In this document: positions 7,438 through 14,621 of the stretch, piece after piece | Position numbering within the stretch: position 1 is the first letter of the stretch | Layout of the letters: every line of letters starts with the position of its first letter | Source: a bacterium | GTDB lineage: Bacteria > Arandabacterota > Arandabacteria > Arandabacterales > JALGWA01 | DNA length: 14,727 bases | Direction: 5' to 3' | NCBI GenBank assembly: GCA_050125095.1 | Contig: JASFEA010000081.1 | Span: 1 to 14,727 of the forward strand | Notes under the pieces: model-generated | What the model saw: only the letters and a program-made list of their open reading frames with translations | The model's database searches: none | Told to the model about the DNA's origin: nothing | Position numbers and translations under genes: made by a program

Positions 7438-9177
7438 CTACCTGGCTATGACCACCTTGGCCGTCAGCGCCTCAGCGCCCGTATCAAGGCGCAGGAAGTA
7501 GATGCCGGAGCTCAGGCTGCCGGCCAGGGAACCCGTGGCATTCCAGCCGAGCTCATGGTACCCCTCTTCCCTGCGGCCGTTGACCAGGTCGCGGATATGC
7601 CTGCCGGCCACGTTGTATACCCCGATCCTCACATCGGCGGCCGCCGGAAGCCCGAAAACGATGCTGGTGCTCGACGTCAGGACGCTGCCGCCGGCGACTG
7701 TAAGAACGACCCTGTCAGGAATACCCGCTAGGTCCCCGCCTTCCACGCCCGAGGTCGAACCCCAGAGCGTGAAGTCGGAGTCGCTGGCGTCGGACGCCTC
7801 GTTGGGTACGCCATCGAACGCCACGACCTTTATTCTCGCGGTCTTCGAGTCCATGTCGGGCACCGTCCACATGAAAGACCCGTCATTGACCTCGCCCTGT
7901 GCCAGCGTGTCGGAATAGGTCACTCCTCCGTCGGTCGATAGCACTATGGTTATGCCCGTTATGCGCGCGTTATCGCTCGCCGACCAGGTGATTTCTTGAT
8001 CCGTGTTGTACTCCAGGATCTCGCCGCCATTGGGCGAAGTAAGCTCGACCTCAGGCGGGATGGGGTCCCGCTCTACCACGGGAACCACCGCGAAATCGGG
8101 ATCGCCCGCAAAACGCATACACTCGTTGAGGCCGCATGACGGAACGTCCGCGTTGGCCATCAGGAACGCGTCGCGTACGCTGTATCCCTGGTCCATGTAA
8201 TTGAAGAGGGCGGCCTGCCACATAATGGACTCGGTCCAGCAATTGGCGCACCACGTCTCCGCCATATGGCAGTAGCCAACGGTGGTAGTCGCCTCCCAGG
8301 AGCCCTTGCGGAATGCGTCGGAGAACGACCCGCTGAGGGTGTCGCACATGCCCTCACAGCTTCCCAGAAACGTAAAAGGCATCTTGGCCCGGTTGGCGAT
8401 CCACAGTTCGACTTTGAAAGAGCCGATATCCAGACCGCTTGAACCGTCGCAGCCGTACATGAAGCTGGTCGACCCGCCGTGGTTGAGCTCGTAGAACATG
8501 GCAGTGTGGTCCGACTTGACGTGTCCCCTGATCTGCTCGAGCGTCGGCCACTTGACTCCCTCGGTGGTATAGCCCATGTTCTCAAACCAGGTCTCGGCGT
8601 TCTGGTACCAGCTCGTCCAGGCGCCGTAGTATGGACACTCCCAGGGTCCGGTGAAAGAGAAGCCCTCGGTCGGCGGCGGCACGCCGTCCCCGAGCAGGGC
8701 CCCGGTTGCCGCGTTCACCACCTTTACGACCAGGCGGCCGTCCACGATGCTGCGCACCACCCAGCACGGGTCCGTGGGCGCGGGCTCCAGCGGGAATACG
8801 GCCGACTCGGGGGAGATATAATACAGCCTCGAGAACTGAATCTCGCCGCCCACAGTCGCCTCGGCATCTTCCCGTGATATCAGGCCGGCGGGAAGCGTCT
8901 CCGGGAGGCCGTCCCGCCAGTTGTATCGCCTGTCGAGCAGCTCTCCGGTCTCCCTGTCGAACTGGTAGACGATATTGTCCAGCTCCACGGCTGCCTCGCC
9001 GATCATCCGCTGATGGTAGTATACGATCTTGTCGCCGAACACGCCCTCCCGGAAGGCGCGGTCACCCGACTCGTACTTGCTGAGAAGACCCATAGCCGCG
9101 GACGCGCTGTCCAGCGATACGAGGATCGCAAGGGCGACGAGCGCGGTTACTGCCATATACCTCTTACAAGACTCCAT
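7438..9177 (-). CDS. Secreted Cys-rich putative cysteine peptidase (clan-CD-like His-x41-Cys dyad; tentatively legumain/gingipain/clostripain-type) with a conserved pre-CTD beta-sandwich domain and a Por/T9SS type-A C-terminal sorting domain
   Basis: AGGAGGT sits 7 nt upstream of the ATG at 9177 (MESCKRYMAVTALVALAILVSLDSASAA is a signal peptide). The ORF stays open to 9207 without an RBS. NHGG followed 41 residues later by FTFLGSCEG has the His-Gly...hydrophobic-strand-Cys geometry of caspase-fold peptidases (legumain has H148/C189). The C-terminal ~90 aa (IVFGLP...VRIGVYNVAGRHIRDL...GYHELGWNA...SGIYFLRLDTG...TAKVVIAR) match the T9SS CTD pattern. Confidence 0.75.
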   Translation of the reverse strand: MESCKRYMAVTALVALAILVSLDSASAAMGLLSKYESGDRAFREGVFGDKIVYYHQRMIGEAAVELDNIVYQFDRETGELLDRRYNWRDGLPETLPAGLISREDAEATVGGEIQFSRLYYISPESAVFPLEPAPTDPCWVVRSIVDGRLVVKVVNAATGALLGDGVPPPTEGFSFTGPWECPYYGAWTSWYQNAETWFENMGYTTEGVKWPTLEQIRGHVKSDHTAMFYELNHGGSTSFMYGCDGSSGLDIGSFKVELWIANRAKMPFTFLGSCEGMCDTLSGSFSDAFRKGSWEATTTVGYCHMAETWCANCWTESIMWQAALFNYMDQGYSVRDAFLMANADVPSCGLNECMRFAGDPDFAVVPVVERDPIPPEVELTSPNGGEILEYNTDQEITWSASDNARITGITIVLSTDGGVTYSDTLAQGEVNDGSFMWTVPDMDSKTARIKVVAFDGVPNEASDASDSDFTLWGSTSGVEGGDLAGIPDRVVLTVAGGSVLTSSTSIVFGLPAAADVRIGVYNVAGRHIRDLVNGRREEGYHELGWNATGSLAGSLSSGIYFLRLDTGAEALTAKVVIAR

Positions 9178-9225
9178 GTGCCGACCTCCTAATCCCTCAG
9201 CCTGCAAGCCCAGACAGCCGCATCA

Positions 9226-9253
9226 ACTATCCTCAAAAAGGACAGTGCGTCAA
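9226..9253 (-). promoter_or_regulatory. Candidate sigma70 promoter for the downstream protease gene (minus strand TTGACG-16 nt-GATAGT)
   Basis: On the minus strand, TTGACG (revcomp of 9248-9253) is followed after a 16-nt spacer by GATAGT (revcomp of 9226-9231), ~50 nt upstream of the RBS and ATG at 9177. Only 4/6 match in the -10 box. Confidence 0.3.
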
Positions 9254-9317
9254 GACGCCGTCATGCCCTCTGCCTACAGTGTGCCACAGCGGGCGAGTTA
9301 AGCAAGCGCCGCGTCGG

Positions 9318-9416
9318 TATAAATCGAGACAAATTCGAACCAGGCTTGGTGGAGGATGGGCGCCCCATGCCTTGCTCCTCGTATTCTGTGTGGTCTTCCC
9401 CGGCGACCCATCCTCC
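9318..9416 (-). terminator. Large stem-loop immediately 3' of the upstream protease gene, followed by a U-rich tract; candidate terminator or attenuator
   Basis: On the minus strand the 14-bp stem GGAGGAUGGG-u-CGCC...GGCG-CCCAUCCUCC (arms 9351-9364 and 9402-9416, 10 perfect plus 4 bp with a one-nucleotide bulge) encloses a 37-nt loop and begins 10 nt after the stop at 9427. It is followed by a small ACCA-agcc-UGGU hairpin and UUCGAAUUUGUCUCGAUUUAUA. Confidence 0.35.
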
Positions 9417-9426
9417 AAATGCACTT

Positions 9427-11910
9427 CTACCAGGCAATAACAATCTTGGCCGTTGCTTCACCTCCATCGCTATTGAGCCTTAAGAAATAGATACCAGGGC
9501 CAAGCCTGCCTCCCGCCTCAGTTCTCAAATCCCAGGTTATGTGATGATATCCCGCCTGCCTCTGCCCGCTCATGACGGCTGCAACGCGGCGGCCCGCCAC
9601 GTCGTAGCAGTCTATACTCGCGCGGGAAGGTGACGGCAAACCGAATTCGATCTTCGCAGGCGCGCCGGCGAGCGCGCCGCCCTCCACGCTTATCGAAACC
9701 GCGTCCGGAACGCGCGGGGCGTCGGGGTCGTCGACTCCGGACTGGTAACCCCAGAGCCTGAAATTCGCGTCGCTCTCGTCCTCGCCCTCATTCGAGGCGG
9801 CGTCGCGCGCGACGATCCTAATGCGCGCGACACCGCAGTCGATATCGGGGGCGTACCACGAATAGACCCCGTCGTCTGCTTCGCCCGAGGCGATCGTGTC
9901 GGGGAAGGTCACGCCACCGTCGGTGGAGAGCAGTATGCATACGGACGTAACGCCTATGTTGTCGGAGGCCGTCCACTCTATGTCATAGGTCGAGCCGAAG
10001 TGGAAGACTTCGCCGCCGTTCGGGCTGGCAACTGTCACGGCGGGCGGCTCTAAGTCTATTACGGCCGATTCGCAGGACCTGACGGCGACATCGTCGATGG
10101 CCGCTTCCACGATTGATCCGGGAGAGGAGTCCTGGGCCACGAACCTGAACTTCATCTGGCCGGTGAGCTCGACGTAGTCCTCGAGATAGAACTCCTTCTT
10201 CGTCCAGGCCCTTCCGCTGTATGAAAGCGTCTCGAGATTCTGCCAGGTCGCCCCGTCATCGCTCGACACGTCCACCACGAAGTCGTCGTCATTGGGGCCG
10301 GATCCCGTGTCGCTGGCGTACCACCTGTAGTAGGTCAGAACCGCCGAGTCGACATCGGAAAGGTCGACGGCCGGGCTCACGAGCGTTGTCCGGCCCCCGT
10401 CCACGTCATAGGCGCCCTGCGAATCGCCGGGATTGGACTGCTGCGTGAAGAAGCAGGTCGTTCCCGTCCCCGGCGTGTGGTCGTCCCCGGGCTGTACTTC
10501 CTCCGGTCCCCAGTAAGTGGCGTTGGGGTCGCCGCGCTCCCACATCCCCGTAACGGCCCCGTCGCCGGGCGCCCCGGAGGTCCACCCCAGGTCGGACTCG
10601 AAGTCATCTTCGAATACAGTTACGACTTCGCCTCCCTGCAGCACGAGTGCTCTGGTGGAACTCCCCTGGTCGGATGTTATCTCAATCTGGAAAACGAGCG
10701 CGCCGCAGGCCTGCGCCGAAGCGTCAACGGCAAAAGAAAAATGGGGACTGTATGATTCGAGCACCGCTCCCTTGTCTATATCGGGGTAGGCCGCCACGCT
10801 ATCGGTCACCGTGACGGAGCCTAGCGTGCTCCGGAGCGTGGCGCTTACATTCGTGGCGGTCTCCGCGCCGATATTGAGAAGCCTGACCGCCAGTATGACG
10901 GGCTCACCGGGCTCGATGTCGCCGTCTCCGTCGCCGGCGCTGTCGTCTATCGTATGGGAGTCATGGAAGAAGTGAACCGTCTGGCCGGGCGTGTAGTTGA
11001 GGGCGTCCGTGGCATAGCCGATATAGCTCGCGCCGTACTTGATGTACATATAGCCGCCGTCGCCCCAGTCGGGCCCCCACGAGTTCTTCATGATCCAGGC
11101 GCCGTCACCGCCGCACATGGTGTCGTCCCAGCCCACGAGCAGCACGCCATGGTTGATCTCGGTGCAGTTCTCCTCATAGCAGCCCCCGGTGTAGGAGCTG
11201 AATCCGCCGCATACCGCGATGGCGCAGGCCACCGGCCCTTCAAGCAACGCCGTCTTTATGGCCAGGACGGTGTCGTCGACATAGTAGTAGGAGTCGAGAT
11301 ACGCCGCCACGTCGCATGAAGAGACCGCACATGCCTCGGTGTCGTTCTCGTGATACGGCATGCACGACTCCCTGACGCCTCCCTGAGTGATGAACAGGTC
11401 ATATGCCGTTTCCATCCAGCCTCCGCTGCAGTCGTCGCCATTGGGGTTGCATACAAGTATGGCCTGCTCTGAGAGGTCCTCTTCCAGACCGCTGTAGATA
11501 AGGATCCGGGACTCGAGAGCCGCGGCCGCGCAAAAAGCCCAGCAGCTCCCGCAGTTGCCCTGGTTCTTGACTGGAGTCACTCCGCCCTGCGTCCGCCAGT
11601 CGAATGAAGACGGGAAGCTCATTCCTTCAGGAGCGGTTATGAGGCGGCCGTCGAGCGCGGCTCTCCGCCTGCGCTCCTGGAGGTCGGGCGGCAGCCTGAG
11701 GCCGAGGAGGCGCTGGAACTCCTCGTCGGTGAGCCGCGAAACCGAGGTCCGGCCCGCCGTCCACGAATACCCTTCCTCCTCAATATTCCGGTTTATGCGG
11801 TCGATCTTGGCCTGCTCGGCCTCCGGGGACAGCTCCGCCCGGAGGCAGGTCCCAGGCCAGACCGCGGCCAGTAGATACACGAGTACTGCCACGATAGCGG
11901 TCGATTTCAA
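9427..11910 (-). CDS. Secreted papain-family (C1A) cysteine peptidase with CARDB-like domain, MAM-like domain, conserved pre-CTD beta-sandwich domain and Por/T9SS type-A C-terminal sorting domain
   Basis: Papain catalytic signatures are present: Q in KNQGNCGSCWAF (Cys148), INHGVLLVGWDD (His280), NSWGPDWGDGGYMYIKYG (Asn/Trp). FEDDFESDLGW...GMWERG...DDHTPGTGTTCFF...RFVAQD...IDDVAV resembles a MAM/jelly-roll domain. The C-terminal IEFGLP...IDCYDVAGRRVA...GYHHITWDLR...PGIYFLRLNSDGGEATAKIVIAW is a T9SS CTD. The ORF is open to a TTG at 11988 with no RBS. A TTG at 11910, preceded by AAAGGGGCGG, gives a canonical signal peptide MKSTAIVAVLVYLLAAVWPGTCLRA, so the start is uncertain between 11910 and 11988. 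Confidence 0.8.
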   Translation of the reverse strand: MKSTAIVAVLVYLLAAVWPGTCLRAELSPEAEQAKIDRINRNIEEEGYSWTAGRTSVSRLTDEEFQRLLGLRLPPDLQERRRRAALDGRLITAPEGMSFPSSFDWRTQGGVTPVKNQGNCGSCWAFCAAAALESRILIYSGLEEDLSEQAILVCNPNGDDCSGGWMETAYDLFITQGGVRESCMPYHENDTEACAVSSCDVAAYLDSYYYVDDTVLAIKTALLEGPVACAIAVCGGFSSYTGGCYEENCTEINHGVLLVGWDDTMCGGDGAWIMKNSWGPDWGDGGYMYIKYGASYIGYATDALNYTPGQTVHFFHDSHTIDDSAGDGDGDIEPGEPVILAVRLLNIGAETATNVSATLRSTLGSVTVTDSVAAYPDIDKGAVLESYSPHFSFAVDASAQACGALVFQIEITSDQGSSTRALVLQGGEVVTVFEDDFESDLGWTSGAPGDGAVTGMWERGDPNATYWGPEEVQPGDDHTPGTGTTCFFTQQSNPGDSQGAYDVDGGRTTLVSPAVDLSDVDSAVLTYYRWYASDTGSGPNDDDFVVDVSSDDGATWQNLETLSYSGRAWTKKEFYLEDYVELTGQMKFRFVAQDSSPGSIVEAAIDDVAVRSCESAVIDLEPPAVTVASPNGGEVFHFGSTYDIEWTASDNIGVTSVCILLSTDGGVTFPDTIASGEADDGVYSWYAPDIDCGVARIRIVARDAASNEGEDESDANFRLWGYQSGVDDPDAPRVPDAVSISVEGGALAGAPAKIEFGLPSPSRASIDCYDVAGRRVAAVMSGQRQAGYHHITWDLRTEAGGRLGPGIYFLRLNSDGGEATAKIVIAW

Positions 11911-12001
11911 TAAACCGCCCCTTTCCAGGCCCGGCAACGGGGACTCCCGCTCACGGAAAGCCCGATAATATATATCTTTACGAATCAATTATACCACAAT
12001 A

Positions 12002-12034
12002 AGGGGCGCTCTCTCAAGCGACTTGTGCGCCCCT
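12002..12034. other. Nested GC hairpin AGGGGCGC-tctct-CAAG-cga-CTTG-t-GCGCCCCT in the divergent intergenic region, within or upstream of the C1A protease 5' leader
   Basis: Perfect 8-bp outer stem and 4-bp inner stem read directly from the sequence. On the minus strand it is followed by UUAUUGUGGUAUAAUU, which is terminator- or attenuator-like. Function unknown. Confidence 0.3.
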
Positions 12035-12318
12035 CTACTCCCGACCATCCCAAGTCGACCCGCTGAGGTAAATTATTGAATAACAAGCCATTAAGTATAT
12101 TAATATCGTTCCATACAGGGCTGCTGGGCGCCCTTCTATACCCATTGCAGCCCCCCACCACCCCGATATACCATTCATTAAGACTGTGAAGGCCCTGAGG
12201 GCCCCTGAAGCGGGCATTTGAGGCGAGCCCCGTCCCCCAATCCCGCGCGGGTCTTGACCCGGTGTCCTGCATGTGCTAGATATGATTTGCGGCTCTAACC
12301 ACATTGAGGAGGCTTGGA

Positions 12319-13455
12319 ATGGCAAGGTACCTGGCGATATCGGGCATATTAATCCTGGCAGCAGCCTTTATTCAGGGGTGCGGCGGCGATGACGGCGGGG
12401 TCGGCGTTACCATACCGGCCGTAACCGCGACCGTACCGGCGGACGGGGCAACCGGGGTAGCCATGAATACCTCAATATCCGTCACTTTCTCGCGCGAGAT
12501 GGAAGCCTCCACGCTTGATTCGATTTACGTGAACGGCCGGGCAGCATATCGGGTAGTCTACAACAACGCACAGAAAACGGCGACGGCCTACCTCGACAGC
12601 ATGCTGGGCGCCCAGACCGTATGCCAGGTGAAGGTATCGTCTTATTGCATGGACAAGTCGGGCAACAACCTGAGCGGCGACCATGAATTCAGCTTCACGA
12701 CGGGTGATTTCGGCTGCGACGAGCTGGAGGACCCGTTCGCTGACAATATGTCCATCGCGACGGCGGCCGAGGTGGATTTCAACACCAGATACAAGCTCCT
12801 GCCGAGCTGCGGAGGCCAGGGCGCCATGCATTACTTCAAGCTCGTCCTCTCGCAGGCCACCATGATCACCGCCAAATACAGGATTATAGACGCCGATACC
12901 ACCCAGGTTAGCTGGAGGCTCTATTTCAAGCGGGCCGACGAGGAAGACTACACGAGCCAGGGCTCGAGTCCCGTCGTTGCGGACCACCATGAGTACAGCA
13001 TGCGCTATTCATTCCTTCCCGGTACCTACTACATCAAGACCGGCAAGGAAGAAGACACCGGCCATACGGCGGTCTATGAGATTGAATTCGAGGACTCGGA
13101 AGCCTGCGCCGACGACGCTTATGAAGACAACGATTTCTTTGACGAGGCCACGCCGGTCACGCCCGGCACCCTCGAGAATCTCCGGTCATGTTATACAGAC
13201 GACGACTACTACTCCATAGACCTTACGACGGGGCAGACCATCACTGTGACTCTGGACGCCCCGGGAACCTCTGGCACGCTGCGAAGGGTCTGGATATACA
13301 ATCCCAGCAATATGGAGATGGGGCGTTATAACGGTTACGGCAACCCGGTTGTCCTGGAGAGAACCGCCTATATGGACGGGACCCACTACGTGTGTTCTCG
13401 CTGGTGGATAGATGACGTGGACTATAACCTGACAATCGAGGTGACGGGACCCTAG
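12319..13455 (+). CDS. Lipoprotein with N-terminal SbsA-type Ig-like (Big_5-like) domain and two PPC-like (pre-peptidase C-terminal-type) beta-sandwich domains
   Basis: GAGGAGG sits 6 nt before the ATG at 12319, so the TTG at 12304 is rejected. MARYLAISGILILAAAFIQGCGG is a signal peptide plus lipobox-like Cys. VTATVPADGATGVAMNTSISVTFSREMEASTL matches the Big_5/SbsA Ig-like motif. Two segments match the PPC pattern D-x-[YF]-E-x-N-D...A-x-[IV]...D-x-D-[YW]-[YF]: DPFADNMSIATAAEV...AMHYFKL and DAYEDNDFFDEATPV...DDDYYSIDLTTGQTITV. Confidence 0.75.
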   Translation: MARYLAISGILILAAAFIQGCGGDDGGVGVTIPAVTATVPADGATGVAMNTSISVTFSREMEASTLDSIYVNGRAAYRVVYNNAQKTATAYLDSMLGAQTVCQVKVSSYCMDKSGNNLSGDHEFSFTTGDFGCDELEDPFADNMSIATAAEVDFNTRYKLLPSCGGQGAMHYFKLVLSQATMITAKYRIIDADTTQVSWRLYFKRADEEDYTSQGSSPVVADHHEYSMRYSFLPGTYYIKTGKEEDTGHTAVYEIEFEDSEACADDAYEDNDFFDEATPVTPGTLENLRSCYTDDDYYSIDLTTGQTITVTLDAPGTSGTLRRVWIYNPSNMEMGRYNGYGNPVVLERTAYMDGTHYVCSRWWIDDVDYNLTIEVTGP

Positions 13456-13501
13456 GACCGGCGCATCAGGAGACATTAAGCCGGGATCTGCCCCCTGGTG
13501 C

Positions 13502-13559
13502 ATGTGCATCCTGAGACCTGACCCCTGAGGATGTGCATTTCAAGACCTGACCCCTAGCG
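13502..13559. repeat. Two immediately adjacent 29-bp direct repeats (ATGTGCAT-N4-AGACCTGACCCCT-N4) between convergent genes, preceded by an additional GTGCATGTGCAT
   Basis: Unit 13502-13530 is ATGTGCATCCTGAGACCTGACCCCTGAGG and unit 13531-13559 is ATGTGCATTTCAAGACCTGACCCCTAGCG, identical at 21 of 25 core positions. The second copy overlaps the hflK stop codon, and a T5 run follows. Confidence 0.4.
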
Positions 13560-14600
13560 TTTTTGGGTGGGCAATATGAGGCGGAGATTGGCGGTTCCGT
13601 CCTCGCCGGAACGGTCCACCATGTAAACCTTCAGGTTCGGCAGGATTTTTTCCATCTTCTCGATGTAGATGCGGGAGGCGGTGACCTCCCTGTTCCTCGA
13701 GTACTCCTCAAGCAGCGACAGGAAGCGCTCGGCCTCGCCGCGGGCCATCTCGACCCTCTCGTCCCTGTAGGCTTCGGCTTCGCGCACCATGCTAATGGCC
13801 TTGCCGCGTGTGGCGGGGATGATGGTGTTCTTGTAGCCCTCGGCTTCGTTTACGAGCCTGCTCCTGTCCTCCCTCGCGCTGGCCACGTCACGGAAGGCGT
13901 AGGCGACTTCCACGGGCGGGCTTATGTCCTGGAAGTAGGCGCCGATCACGGTTACGCCGATGCCGTATTCGTCGGCGACTTTCTGCACGCCGGCCTTTAT
14001 TAGCGCCTGGGCCTGGAGTTTCTCGGTCGTGAGAAGGGCATCTACGCCCATGCTTCCCACAACCGCCGCAACGACTTCCTCCGAGGCGACCTCCACGAGC
14101 CTCGTGGGATTATCGGATGTGAACAGATAGCTTTTCGGGTCGCTTATGGCGTACTGGATGATCACCTGGACGAGTATTACATTGGTGTCCCCGGTCAGCG
14201 TCTCGAGCCCGCCCACAGTTGACGATTCGCCCTCCTTGCCGAGGCCCACAAGCATCTTCTTGATCTCGGCCGTCTTGGGCCGGTATACGCGGTCCACCGG
14301 CCAGGGAACGCTGTAATGTATGCCCGGCGGCACGTTGTCGGCGATTACCTTGCCGAAACGCATCACCACGCCGAGCTCGTCCGTCTGGACGACGTATATT
14401 CCTGATAGCAGATATGCGAGCACCGCCACGACGGCTATCACCGACAGGAATCTCCTGTTAGCAAACGGAATCGACTTGAGCCCCGCCAGTATTATGTCGG
14501 CCGCCGACGGGTTATCGGGCGGAGAAGCCGGCTTATTCACGGGCGCGTCTTTGGAAATGTCCCCGGGCCTATCGGGCCCGGCATCAGGACCCTGGTTCAT
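13554..14600 (-). CDS. hflK: HflK (FtsH protease modulator, SPFH/band-7 family)
   Basis: AGGTGA RBS sits 4 nt before the ATG. The protein has an N-terminal Pro/Ala-rich tail, then one TM segment (FLSVIAVVAVLAYLLSGIYVV), then an SPFH domain. The C-terminal SRIYIEKMEKILPNLKVYMVD and EAEAYRDERVEMARGEAERF parallel E. coli HflK RERLYIETMEKVLGNTRKVLVN and EARAYKAQTILEAQGEVARF. Confidence 0.85.
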   Translation of the reverse strand: MNQGPDAGPDRPGDISKDAPVNKPASPPDNPSAADIILAGLKSIPFANRRFLSVIAVVAVLAYLLSGIYVVQTDELGVVMRFGKVIADNVPPGIHYSVPWPVDRVYRPKTAEIKKMLVGLGKEGESSTVGGLETLTGDTNVILVQVIIQYAISDPKSYLFTSDNPTRLVEVASEEVVAAVVGSMGVDALLTTEKLQAQALIKAGVQKVADEYGIGVTVIGAYFQDISPPVEVAYAFRDVASAREDRSRLVNEAEGYKNTIIPATRGKAISMVREAEAYRDERVEMARGEAERFLSLLEEYSRNREVTASRIYIEKMEKILPNLKVYMVDRSGEDGTANLRLILPTQKR

Positions 14601-14621
14601 CCTGTCACCTTCAAGTTCTTC

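Noticed and set aside
9331-9350. GGTTCGAAT (tRNA T-loop-like) on the minus strand in the inter-protease spacer
   Set aside because: The flanks cannot form a 5-bp T-stem, and no acceptor, D or anticodon arms can be built. It is part of the small ACCA-agcc-UGGU hairpin instead, so it is not a tRNA.
9233-9467. Short minus-strand ORFs 9233..9424 and 9261..9467 in or over the inter-protease region
   Set aside because: They have no RBS, overlap the hairpin and promoter elements, and one overlaps the 3' end of the C1A protease gene. They are likely spurious.
12254-12286. TTGACC -35-like hexamer upstream of the lipoprotein gene
   Set aside because: The best -10 candidate (TATGAT, 5/6) is 21 nt away, outside the 15-19 nt sigma70 spacing. 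At 17-nt spacing only TAGATA (3/6) is available. It is not called as a feature.
11985-12325. Minus-strand ORFs 11985..12272 and 12035..12325 spanning the AT-rich divergent intergenic region
   Set aside because: They have no Shine-Dalgarno and low-complexity translations, and they occupy the region that must hold promoters for both flanking genes.
12472-12990. 172-aa antisense ORF inside the lipoprotein gene, and 13563..14003 plus-strand ORF antisense to hflK
   Set aside because: They are antisense to CDSs with clear domain signatures and have no RBS.
13502-13559. CRISPR array hypothesis for the 29-bp direct repeats
   Set aside because: There are only two immediately adjacent copies with no unique spacers, and no cas genes in the window.
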